53,406 nt of DNA from Gammaproteobacteria bacterium (GTDB lineage: Bacteria > Pseudomonadota > Gammaproteobacteria > Nitrosococcales > Methylophagaceae). The stretch is taken from positions 1-53,406 of the forward strand of contig QNEY01000001.1 in the NCBI GenBank assembly GCA_003645385.1, written 5' to 3'. Of this stretch, positions 33,761 to 41,442 are shown one piece after another. Each line of letters opens with the position of its first letter. The stretch's first letter is position 1. The notes beneath the pieces are model-generated. The model ran no database searches, was not told where the DNA came from, and saw only the letters and a list, made by a program, of their open reading frames with translations. The position numbers were made by a program, and so were the translations under genes.

Positions 33761-34773
33761 TATGGGTCCACCAGTTGAGTCCGACCAGCCGGAGTTGTTT
33801 CATTGTATTGTGTCTTATTAATTACAGATCCATCTTTGTTCAATGCTTTGTGTTCTTTCAATGGAGTGGAATCATCATCATCAAGTGTGACAATTGTTTC
33901 ATTGTCAACGTCATACGCTTCTGATCCTGTCATCAGCTTTCTTGTTAATGTCACAATTGCATTGATCAAGTTTTGATTTGTCACAGTTGCAGGATCAGCT
34001 GGCAAATTATCAGTCTTTGCTTTGATTGCAGTTGTCAATGCACCAAGAGCAATAAGCAATGCTTCATTTTGATCAACCTCTGCAATGACAGCAATTCTAT
34101 TTGCAGTTGCATTTGCTTCTGTAGCTATCCCAGATATGTCAGCAGGATTCCAACTGCCAGCATTATGTGAACCTGTTAATTGTGCATCAACAGCAGCAGC
34201 CGTGATGTCATTCAAACTATCAAGTGTCTGTTTTGTTCCTGCAATCGTGAAGTCAGCCTTATCTGTCAAAGAGCGTGTGACGTATGCCCATATATCTGCA
34301 ACTAAAGTGCCAACGCCTGTAAGTGTTCTTGTTCCTGCACTCCAGACAGCCGAGGTTACGTCCACAACTAATGTTCCGAATGAGGTTAGTGTTCTACTAC
34401 CTACAGCCCAAACATCAGCTGCTGAATGACTTGATCTTGTTGAAACAGCTACATCAAGATTTGTGTCAACAGTTGATTTTATAGAATCAGTATCAAGAAT
34501 GATATTCTCTAACAACTCGCTTCCTTCGCCGCCTTTATATCTATCAAAGTTTGATAACGAAACTCCACCATCAACTGAAAAATAATATTGCCCATTGTCA
34601 GGAGCATTATATTGGTATTTATAAAATACTTCAAAAGTGGCTGCATCATTAACCTCGGTCATTGCTGCACCATCGACCACTTTGACATTATCAGATATTC
34701 GCCAGCCTGATATTGTTGGAGTCAATCCTTTTTCTGGTATTCCATTTTTATAAAAGAATGCTGTTATCCACAT
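33760..34773 (-). CDS. Fibre-like structural protein with VW-x5-R-[TS]-LT repeats
   Basis: DVWAVGSRTLTSFGTLVVDV / AVWSAGTRTLTGVGTLVADI / WAYVTRSLT. Ala/Thr-rich central helical region. Confidence 0.55.
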   Translation of the reverse strand: MWITAFFYKNGIPEKGLTPTISGWRISDNVKVVDGAAMTEVNDAATFEVFYKYQYNAPDNGQYYFSVDGGVSLSNFDRYKGGEGSELLENIILDTDSIKSTVDTNLDVAVSTRSSHSAADVWAVGSRTLTSFGTLVVDVTSAVWSAGTRTLTGVGTLVADIWAYVTRSLTDKADFTIAGTKQTLDSLNDITAAAVDAQLTGSHNAGSWNPADISGIATEANATANRIAVIAEVDQNEALLIALGALTTAIKAKTDNLPADPATVTNQNLINAIVTLTRKLMTGSEAYDVDNETIVTLDDDDSTPLKEHKALNKDGSVINKTQYNETTPAGRTQLVDP

Positions 34774-34928
34774 TTTGACTCACCTTTTTGGATTTCCATA
34801 ATTTGCTTTCTTATTCCATCTGCATTTTGCTGCACTGTTTTTGCTCGCATTTCAAGTTGACCTATCTCAAAAACACAATCAGCAAATGCTGCTTTTAATT
34901 CTAGTAATTTCTGTTTTTCATCTGACAT
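34764..34928 (-). CDS. Hypothetical 54-aa coiled-coil protein (below ORF-track cutoff)
   Basis: Read by hand: MSDEKQKLLELKAAFADCVFEIGQLEMRAKTVQQNADGIRKQIMEIQKGESKCG. GGAGGG SD. The stop overlaps the next ATG. Confidence 0.45.
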   Translation of the reverse strand: MSDEKQKLLELKAAFADCVFEIGQLEMRAKTVQQNADGIRKQIMEIQKGESKCG

Positions 34929-34945
34929 AATTTTATCCCTCCGAA

Positions 34946-35365
34946 TTAAACTTCTATAATATCCTCTGCGTCAGCAAACCAATTTGCCTCGTAATCTTCT
35001 GTTAATTTATTGCCGTTGCCGTCCAATTGAATTTCACCGTCAACAACAACATACCGTTGTTGTATATTACTTTTCTTCCAATTAGCATACAGTTTGCTTG
35101 TCAAGTCGGATACCGTTCCACTTAATAATTCAGCAAGCATAGCTGACTGCTCTAGCGGTGAATCATCTGGAAACAAATCATTAATTCCAATCGTTTTTAT
35201 TTCCCGTTCAATTCTATTTTTATCACCGCCTTGCCGTGCAGCCAAATCTTTGAATAATCCTAACTCGGAAATAATTGTATAATTCATCGAATTTAGGGTG
35301 AAACTTATTATTTTCCAGTATTCACCAACATAATTTTTATAAATGTATTCTTTTCTCAGAGCCAT
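34946..35365 (-). CDS. Hypothetical protein (fibre module)
   Basis: ATG at 35365 (MALRKEY) is preferred over the TTG at 35383, which would overlap the upstream gene. Confidence 0.5.
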   Translation of the reverse strand: MALRKEYIYKNYVGEYWKIISFTLNSMNYTIISELGLFKDLAARQGGDKNRIEREIKTIGINDLFPDDSPLEQSAMLAELLSGTVSDLTSKLYANWKKSNIQQRYVVVDGEIQLDGNGNKLTEDYEANWFADAEDIIEV

Positions 35366-35375
35366 TTTATTTATC

Positions 35376-36923
35376 CTATACAATGTTAGTTATTATGCCA
35401 CCTGTGACTGTTACCGTTTTGCCATCCGTTGTTGTGAAATTACCAGTTGCTCCTGCTGCTGCACCTATTCTAAAAAGAGTTGAAGAACTCACATCTCCAA
35501 CAACATCAAGCGGATAAGCTGGAGCATTTTTGTTGATTCCTATGCGACTTGTTCCAGCATCTAAAAAGAAACAATTGGCATTGGTATCGCTTTCAATTCT
35601 AAAATCAGTATCGAAACCAAGATTGTTAAAAACGATTTCAGCGGTTGCTTTTTCAACAATAAAATCCCAAGTCGTTCCTGTATAAACTATAGACACATCA
35701 TTGCCTAATCCCAACCGGAATTTAGTATTGTCCTGTGGAATATCAACGTATCCTGATGTAAGGAATAAATCTATCTGGTTTATTCCCATAGCAAAACTAT
35801 TCAAGGTCGCATTGGTTATACTCTTGCCGATTGCTAAGGCATAGGATGCTCCATAACTTACTTCATTGTTATAGCCTATCGCTAAACTAGCCCAGCCTTT
35901 TGCCCGTGGTCCATCACCAAAACCTTGACTGGGACCAATTGCAGTTGCATAATTCGCCTCTGCAAGAGCGTCAAATCCAATCGCTACTGAACTATAACCT
36001 TGTGCAGATGCTCGATCGCCAATCGCAACCGCTGCCGGTTGCAACGCCTCAGAGTTGGTTCCGAGTGAAACTGAATAGTGAGCTACCGCATTCACACCAA
36101 ACCCCAGACCAACAGATCCATGTCCTTGTGCTCTCGCAGCATAACCCATAGCGACACTAAAATTACCAGATGCGACTGTAGCTTGTGCTGGCATTATTTG
36201 ATAACCACCAGCAGCAAAGGATGATATACCTGAAGCAATCGACCTATCGCCAAAAGCTGCGGAATAATTGCCACTAGCCTCACAGTCATAGCCCATCGGT
36301 AAAGCATAATTACCTATAGGAGATGTATTGCTAACACTTTGAAGGATTCCAAATCTCAAACTCTGAATTTCTTGTATCGCTATTTCTGCTTCTGTTAACT
36401 CATAAACCTCAAATCTATAAATGTTCAAAGTTCCACCAAAACCGCCAAAATCCTCTAACTTTGGACCAGTCGCCGCTGTCGCTTGAAAGTATGCTACATC
36501 TTCTGCAAAACCTGATAATACTCCAGCACCCCAAGTAATATCCCATCCACCGACGCTTAATTTAGGAGCCATAAAACTTATGACCTCAATCTTGTAATCA
36601 ACTTTATACCATTTCCCAATAGTTAAGGTGGTTCCGTATTGTGTTAAAGCTGTGAATGCTGTCGTTGTCTGAACGTAATTATCTGGTCCAGATATAGGCG
36701 TCCATGCACTTGAAGCATCGGTCCAGCCTGTTTCACCATTGTCAAATTCACCGTTAACAACAGTAGACGATTCCGCTATGCCAGCAATTAACTTCTCATA
36801 AACGGTTAAATTTTGAACATCACTATCACCGATATTGGTAAGATCAAACCCCTGCCAATCTTTATCGGCATCTATTATTAATGCAGAAACTAATCCTGAA
36901 AATGACGTATTATCTAATAACAT
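35376..36923 (-). CDS. Fibre protein with YadA-head-like (Hep_Hag-type) repeats
   Basis: Serial x-A-x-G-x2-S-x-A-x-G units: AFGDRSIASGISSFAAGG, VAMGYAARAQGHGSVGLG, AVAIGDRASAQGYSSVAIGFDALAEANYATAIG, LAIGYNNEVSYGASYALAIG. ATG at 36923. Confidence 0.6.
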   Translation of the reverse strand: MLLDNTSFSGLVSALIIDADKDWQGFDLTNIGDSDVQNLTVYEKLIAGIAESSTVVNGEFDNGETGWTDASSAWTPISGPDNYVQTTTAFTALTQYGTTLTIGKWYKVDYKIEVISFMAPKLSVGGWDITWGAGVLSGFAEDVAYFQATAATGPKLEDFGGFGGTLNIYRFEVYELTEAEIAIQEIQSLRFGILQSVSNTSPIGNYALPMGYDCEASGNYSAAFGDRSIASGISSFAAGGYQIMPAQATVASGNFSVAMGYAARAQGHGSVGLGFGVNAVAHYSVSLGTNSEALQPAAVAIGDRASAQGYSSVAIGFDALAEANYATAIGPSQGFGDGPRAKGWASLAIGYNNEVSYGASYALAIGKSITNATLNSFAMGINQIDLFLTSGYVDIPQDNTKFRLGLGNDVSIVYTGTTWDFIVEKATAEIVFNNLGFDTDFRIESDTNANCFFLDAGTSRIGINKNAPAYPLDVVGDVSSSTLFRIGAAAGATGNFTTTDGKTVTVTGGIITNIV

Positions 36924-36935
36924 TTTATATTCCAA

Positions 36936-37319
36936 TTACATTAAGTGTAAAAGCCATCCAACTAAAGCAATAACAATTGTGACAATCATTCCGACTGAAA
37001 ACCTGCTTGTTTCTTTTGAGTCTGCAAGTGCTTGATGTTTTTCAGCACAAACCTCTTTGTGTGCTGTTAGTTTCTCTGACACTTCTGTTGATTTGGTTTT
37101 TGCTTCATCAGATTTTACAAACAATCTTTCAAAATACTTGCTTGCTTTTTCTGTAAAATCTTTTTGTGACTCTTTGATTTCTTCAACATTTTCAGCAACA
37201 GCTTTTGCAGATTCTTTTTGAACATTGACATGACCTTCAACTTTCGCTTCAAAAGTATCCATTCTGCCTTCCAATCTAATTATTTTATTCTCATTGCTTT
37301 GAGGTGTTGGCTCAGTCAT
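36936..37319 (-). CDS. Coiled-coil protein with single C-terminal transmembrane helix
   Basis: C-terminus FSVGMIVTIVIALVGWLLHLM. AAGGAA SD. 8-nt overlap with the upstream lipoprotein gene. Confidence 0.6.
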   Translation of the reverse strand: MTEPTPQSNENKIIRLEGRMDTFEAKVEGHVNVQKESAKAVAENVEEIKESQKDFTEKASKYFERLFVKSDEAKTKSTEVSEKLTAHKEVCAEKHQALADSKETSRFSVGMIVTIVIALVGWLLHLM

Positions 37320-37638
37320 TCTTTATTTCCTTCTTGAGTTCTGCATTTTCTTTTTTCAATTCAATATTTTCTTTCAATGCCAAAACCAACAAACGCAAAT
37401 CTTTCAGATGAAGTGCAGCATATCCACCAAGATTCATCTTTCCTGCAAAGTCAGTTCCACCAACTGTGACATTGATCTTCTTGTTTGTTGCAATGATCAG
37501 ACTACCGTTTGACTCCTCCGGAAACTTTGCAATTGAACTGTATACCACACGATCTTTCACCCCGATCAAGCAACCAGTCATGCTGCTGCAAAACAGAATC
37601 AGCATCAGGAGCAATGTCACTCGGATCAAGTGTTGCAT
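37312..37638 (-). CDS. Putative lipoprotein with C-terminal coiled coil (spanin-like candidate)
   Basis: From the internal ATG at 37638: MQHLIRVTLLLMLILFCSSMTGC, a signal peptide with a lipobox-like M-T-G-C. Ends KENIELKKENAELKKEIKND. Weak SD. Confidence 0.5.
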   Translation of the reverse strand: MQHLIRVTLLLMLILFCSSMTGCLIGVKDRVVYSSIAKFPEESNGSLIIATNKKINVTVGGTDFAGKMNLGGYAALHLKDLRLLVLALKENIELKKENAELKKEIKND

Positions 37639-37747
37639 TGTCAGGTTCTTCAACTGAAACAGTGGCTGATGTTGTAAGCATTTTTGATAATACATTTGAT
37701 ATGATCTCCGCAATAAATTTGAAAACAGGTGCAAGTGCAGCCCACAT
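37502..37747 (-). CDS. Hypothetical 81-aa ORF overlapping the lipoprotein gene out of frame
   Basis: ATG at 37747 lies 7 nt after GGAG and directly after the holin-like gene. Amphipathic N-terminus MWAALAPVFKFIAEIISNVLSKML. The last 137 nt overlap the lipoprotein frame. Confidence 0.3.
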   Translation of the reverse strand: MWAALAPVFKFIAEIISNVLSKMLTTSATVSVEEPDNATLDPSDIAPDADSVLQQHDWLLDRGERSCGIQFNCKVSGGVKR

Positions 37748-37749
37748 AA

Positions 37750-38058
37750 TTATTCTCCGTTACCGTTTGGTGGAGTCACATTCTTTGTCATTTCAATTTC
37801 AGCTGCTGCACGTTTGACATCGGCTCTAGTTTTCATGTATCCAAGATCAGTCAGAGTTTTGCCAGCAAAAGCAATTGCTGCCATGATACCACCAACCCAA
37901 GTTGCTGCTGCTGTGCCTTCAACTATACCAGTGATCTGTGCAGAAAAAGCAATGACAACACCAATGATCATAATGACGATTGCAAACCAACCGTGTGCTT
38001 TTGCAGTTGCAAACTCACTTGTTTTGATTCCATCTTTGAAAACTTCTTTTAATTCCAT
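37750..38058 (-). CDS. Two-TM small membrane protein (class II holin-like)
   Basis: TM1 is WFAIVIMIIGVVIAFSAQITGIV and TM2 is AAATWVGGIMAAIAFAG. Charged C-tail. GGAGGA SD. Confidence 0.5.
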   Translation of the reverse strand: MELKEVFKDGIKTSEFATAKAHGWFAIVIMIIGVVIAFSAQITGIVEGTAAATWVGGIMAAIAFAGKTLTDLGYMKTRADVKRAAAEIEMTKNVTPPNGNGE

Positions 38059-38074
38059 TGTAAAATCCTCCGAG

Positions 38075-38272
38075 TTAATATTTCAATTCACGTATGCTGA
38101 TGACATCATCAACATCTATATCCTCATTGATAAATACTTCATCAATAGAAATGACAGCTTTGTTGATTAGCATGTTTCCAAAAAACGCAACTGGCACGCC
38201 AAGAACTTCATCATATCCACCCTGACCGTCATCAACTTTTTCAATCCTATACCGATAGTATGTTGTTTTCAT
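38075..38272 (-). CDS. Small head-tail joining candidate
   Basis: 65 aa directly after the adaptor gene. Loose resemblance to short head-closure proteins. The call is mainly positional. Confidence 0.3.
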   Translation of the reverse strand: MKTTYYRYRIEKVDDGQGGYDEVLGVPVAFFGNMLINKAVISIDEVFINEDIDVDDVISIRELKY

Positions 38273-38273
38273 T

Positions 38274-38807
38274 TTATCTGATCCTTAAATCAAAGCTGTA
38301 TGGTCGGAGTTTCTTCATAATCTTTGCTGTGAAAAACTGTTCATAATCAAGATTGTTTGAACTGCCATTTGGTCTGTTCCAATATGCTTCATAAACAAGA
38401 TCAAGCAAGACTTGTTTCAGCCCAGCAGGACAATCAGTTCCATCTGTATTGTAGCCAGCTCCATAGGTTACTTTCCAGCGTTTTGTGCCAGATCCAAATG
38501 AATCATATGTGCTGTTGCATTTGAACTCTATCCGCATTTCAGTATGGATAAAATCTTCAGTCAATTCGGTATCGTCATAATTATCTTCAATCTTTGTAAC
38601 TGAATTAATCGGAAGTAATTGTGGGCGTAAAGATTTATTGCCACCATCGCAATTTGCAATAGCAGTGTCATCACCATCATGAAAATATATTCCAGTTTTC
38701 TGTGCAATGAAGTTCTGCATTGATTCAATGATAATTGTCACCAAAGTATCTTCCGATGGTGCTATTATCTGCAAGAACTGTTTTGTTGTTGTAAGATCAA
38801 CGATCAT
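38274..38807 (-). CDS. Head-tail adaptor (gp6-like connector)
   Basis: The N-terminus DLTTTKQFLQIIAPSEDTLVTIIIESMQNFIAQKTG matches the gp6-like connector pattern. ATG at 38807 follows AGGTGA. Confidence 0.6.
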   Translation of the reverse strand: MIVDLTTTKQFLQIIAPSEDTLVTIIIESMQNFIAQKTGIYFHDGDDTAIANCDGGNKSLRPQLLPINSVTKIEDNYDDTELTEDFIHTEMRIEFKCNSTYDSFGSGTKRWKVTYGAGYNTDGTDCPAGLKQVLLDLVYEAYWNRPNGSSNNLDYEQFFTAKIMKKLRPYSFDLRIR

Positions 38808-38988
38808 TATTTTCACCTATTGTTTGAATTTCATTGACGTTTCCAATAATCACAAGCATTTTGCACGCTTCAAGTTTTCTTGCTTGTGAATAACCCATCA
38901 TATCCTGATCACCTTTGAATCTTCTGAATAGTCCTTCAGATGTTGATATTGCACCTTCTGTCAGCCATTTAATCAAAACTTTCTTCAT
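38797..38988 (-). CDS. Hypothetical small protein
   Basis: ATG at 38988 overlaps the GT2 stop (TAATG). 63 aa. Overlaps the adaptor start by 11 nt. Confidence 0.4.
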   Translation of the reverse strand: MKKVLIKWLTEGAISTSEGLFRRFKGDQDMMGYSQARKLEACKMLVIIGNVNEIQTIGENNDR

Positions 38989-39734
38989 TACCAATATTGT
39001 CCTACGCCATTAGTTCCAAAATGCAGCACATTATTTGAATCTGGTGCTGGTGCAGATTTCACTTCAGGAAATTTCTTTTGAACCTCTTTCCACCATCTTG
39101 AATCTTCTTTCCTGTTTTCTCTGAACTTCACTTCATCCCAAATCCACTTCGGGAATGCCATGTTGCATCCCATGATTGCAGCTGTTCCATTTTCAAATCC
39201 TCTGTGTCCTATTCTACTGCAATTTGAAAGCATCTTCAGCTGATCATAAGTGTCAACAGCTTCTGGAATCAGTTTGATTTCAGGAATAAAATATCTGGGT
39301 CCAACAAAGACTTTCTTCATCTGATCTTTGCTGATGAATACAGAATCAACATATACTTGACAATGGATACTAGCACCCATTTTCCAGCCAACATATGACC
39401 ATTTATTGAGCTTGCCAGAATAAATATCTCTGTATGTTTCAATGAAATTCTTTGGGAATGTGCAATCAGCGTCAATCGTCACAATTATATCAATATCTCT
39501 GCAATGCTCTTGTATGGCATTGTTAATTGCAATGCCACGTGAATATGCGTTTGGGTGAAGATCGTGACGGGAAACGTGTATATTATCGCTCTGGTCAAAG
39601 GCTGGTGATATGTCCATACTGTCAAGAGCAACAATAACTTTGTCAGCTTTGACAGTCTGATTTCTAAGTGCATGAATGATCTTTGACCACTCTGCATATT
39701 GTTTGTGAAATGCGATAATCAAAGCAATTTTCAT
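38988..39734 (-). CDS. Glycosyltransferase, GT-A fold (family 2-like)
   Basis: N-terminal beta strand MKIALIIAFHK..., NQTVKADKVIVALD, and the DxD-type motif VTIDADCTF. ATGA overlap with the upstream gene. Confidence 0.65.
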   Translation of the reverse strand: MKIALIIAFHKQYAEWSKIIHALRNQTVKADKVIVALDSMDISPAFDQSDNIHVSRHDLHPNAYSRGIAINNAIQEHCRDIDIIVTIDADCTFPKNFIETYRDIYSGKLNKWSYVGWKMGASIHCQVYVDSVFISKDQMKKVFVGPRYFIPEIKLIPEAVDTYDQLKMLSNCSRIGHRGFENGTAAIMGCNMAFPKWIWDEVKFRENRKEDSRWWKEVQKKFPEVKSAPAPDSNNVLHFGTNGVGQYW

Positions 39735-40315
39735 TTTTCTATTCTTTCAAATACCATCACGTTTTTCCAATACCACCATTGCACGTTGGATTCTTTCCAA
39801 GATTTTCTAAGATTTTCAGTCATGCTTTTCTTGAAGGTCAATCCCTTGCTTTCAATCTTGTCAATCCAATATTGATGTGGTTTTTCATTGACATGATTGT
39901 TGCCACCTTGATTCGGAACAGCACCAGAAAAAATCAACCATTTTCCAGCAATGTCAAGAATGTTGTCAATTGCAACATCTTCAAATTCAGCATCAATATG
40001 TTCAATTACCTCAAGGCAGAATGCAAGTTCTGCTGGCTGACATCCAATATTGTTTTTCAAATTTGCAATCCTAATGTTTTTAGGATCATAAGCAAAATCT
40101 TTTGAGTGTTCAGAAGCATCAATGCCATAGACTTCAACGCCAACATTGTTAAATTCGTTCAAGTGATTGCAAGGACCGCAACCAATATCAATGACTGTTT
40201 TTGGGTGAAACAGATCAACAATTGAATCAACCATAAAACGAGCTTGTTCAATGTGTGCTGGAAGTGCCTTGCCAGTCATCCATTCTTTGTTGTAAATATC
40301 AGATTCATTTTTCAA
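39731..40315 (-). CDS. Class I SAM-dependent methyltransferase
   Basis: Motif I VIDIGCGPCNH, post-I acidic YGIDAS, and FCLEVIEHI. Apparent TTG start at 40315 overlaps the upstream gene by 11 nt. Confidence 0.7.
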   Translation of the reverse strand: MKNESDIYNKEWMTGKALPAHIEQARFMVDSIVDLFHPKTVIDIGCGPCNHLNEFNNVGVEVYGIDASEHSKDFAYDPKNIRIANLKNNIGCQPAELAFCLEVIEHIDAEFEDVAIDNILDIAGKWLIFSGAVPNQGGNNHVNEKPHQYWIDKIESKGLTFKKSMTENLRKSWKESNVQWWYWKNVMVFERIEK

Positions 40316-40868
40316 AGTTCACCACTCCACAAATATGATTGTTATTGCCTTGAATGATCTTCACTTTGCCATATTTCTCAAAATATTTAATTGCTGCTTC
40401 ATCATTTGCCCAGCCGATCAGATGTCCATCATCAATCAGTTCACGTTTTGTTGGCATTCCACGAGGAACTGAAAAGATCAAACGATATTTTGCAACCATT
40501 TTGATTCTGTTCATTATGTTTGCGAGTTCTTCCCATGTGAAATGTTCGAGTGTTTGACAACAGACAACAGTGCCAAATGAATTTCTCCAATGCTCGCCAA
40601 GTTTAGTTACATCACCTTTCAAGAATATCTTATCTGGCATTTGCTCTTTTGCTTGCTCGATTAAATATGAACTAATATCCATTCCAACATACTGTGTTTT
40701 AGGATCAAGATATTTGCAGAAACGACCAAATGCACAGCCGATCTCAAGAACTGATCCTTTGACATTTCTGACAGCTGATGCAAACTCCATTGAACGATCT
40801 CTGAAGTCATTTTTGTCAGTGTATTTCTTGCCTTTCATGTTCCACCAGTCAAAACTATTTGCTTTCAT
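40305..40868 (-). CDS. Class I SAM-dependent methyltransferase
   Basis: Motif I VLEIGCAFGRF, YVGMDIS, and VCCQTLEHF. Confidence 0.7.
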   Translation of the reverse strand: MKANSFDWWNMKGKKYTDKNDFRDRSMEFASAVRNVKGSVLEIGCAFGRFCKYLDPKTQYVGMDISSYLIEQAKEQMPDKIFLKGDVTKLGEHWRNSFGTVVCCQTLEHFTWEELANIMNRIKMVAKYRLIFSVPRGMPTKRELIDDGHLIGWANDEAAIKYFEKYGKVKIIQGNNNHICGVVNFEK

Positions 40869-41442
40869 ATTCTTTCCTTATTTGTTTGTAAAGTTCATAT
40901 TCTTTTGCAGCATTATGACTTCCAATTGGTGACAGTGTTCTTTCTTGTTCGTGCAGAACTTCAGGTGCTTTGTCATATTCCCAATAATGATATGGCTTTT
41001 TATACCCCCAGAAATCAAAGCCATACAAATCACAATGTTTCAATCCCACTGTTTTATGCACCCAATAAATGAATGTGATCCCTGTGCTTGGCTTATGCCC
41101 TAAAAGACTCCAAAGTTCTTGATGGATTTCTTTTTCAATGAATCTGATTCTTGTGTTCATTGGAACTTTTCTTCCGGCAAGATGTATTCTGTTCGGATCG
41201 GGCCATGTGCAATAAACTTTGTCAAATGGTCCATATTCCCATCGTTCAAGATATTCTCCACCGCATGGTGTATCGTTCAAGCAAGTCACATAGATGTTTG
41301 CTTTCTTGCCATAATCTTCTGTATGAACCGGCTTAAATCCTTGAAATCTGACAACATAATCATGGCTGTCAATTTGATTGCCGAGGCATTTACCAAATTC
41401 ACCAATTCCATTTCCGACTATTGCCATAACATCAGGAAACAT
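40855..41442 (-). CDS. GT29 (sialyltransferase)-like glycosyltransferase
   Basis: Sialyl-motif L-like AIVGNGIGEFGKCLGNQIDSHDYVVRF, S-like PSTGITFIYWVHKTVGLKHCDLYGF, motif III-like HYWE, and VS-like HNAAKE, in canonical order. Confidence 0.6.
   Translation of the reverse strand: MFPDVMAIVGNGIGEFGKCLGNQIDSHDYVVRFQGFKPVHTEDYGKKANIYVTCLNDTPCGGEYLERWEYGPFDKVYCTWPDPNRIHLAGRKVPMNTRIRFIEKEIHQELWSLLGHKPSTGITFIYWVHKTVGLKHCDLYGFDFWGYKKPYHYWEYDKAPEVLHEQERTLSPIGSHNAAKEYELYKQIRKEYESK

Noticed and set aside
37639-37734. Upstream extension of the lipoprotein ORF (MHLFSNLLRRSYQMYYQKCLQHQPLFQLKNLT)
   Set aside because: It would bury the signal peptide 32 residues inside the protein. The internal ATG at 37638 gives a canonical n-h-c lipoprotein leader.
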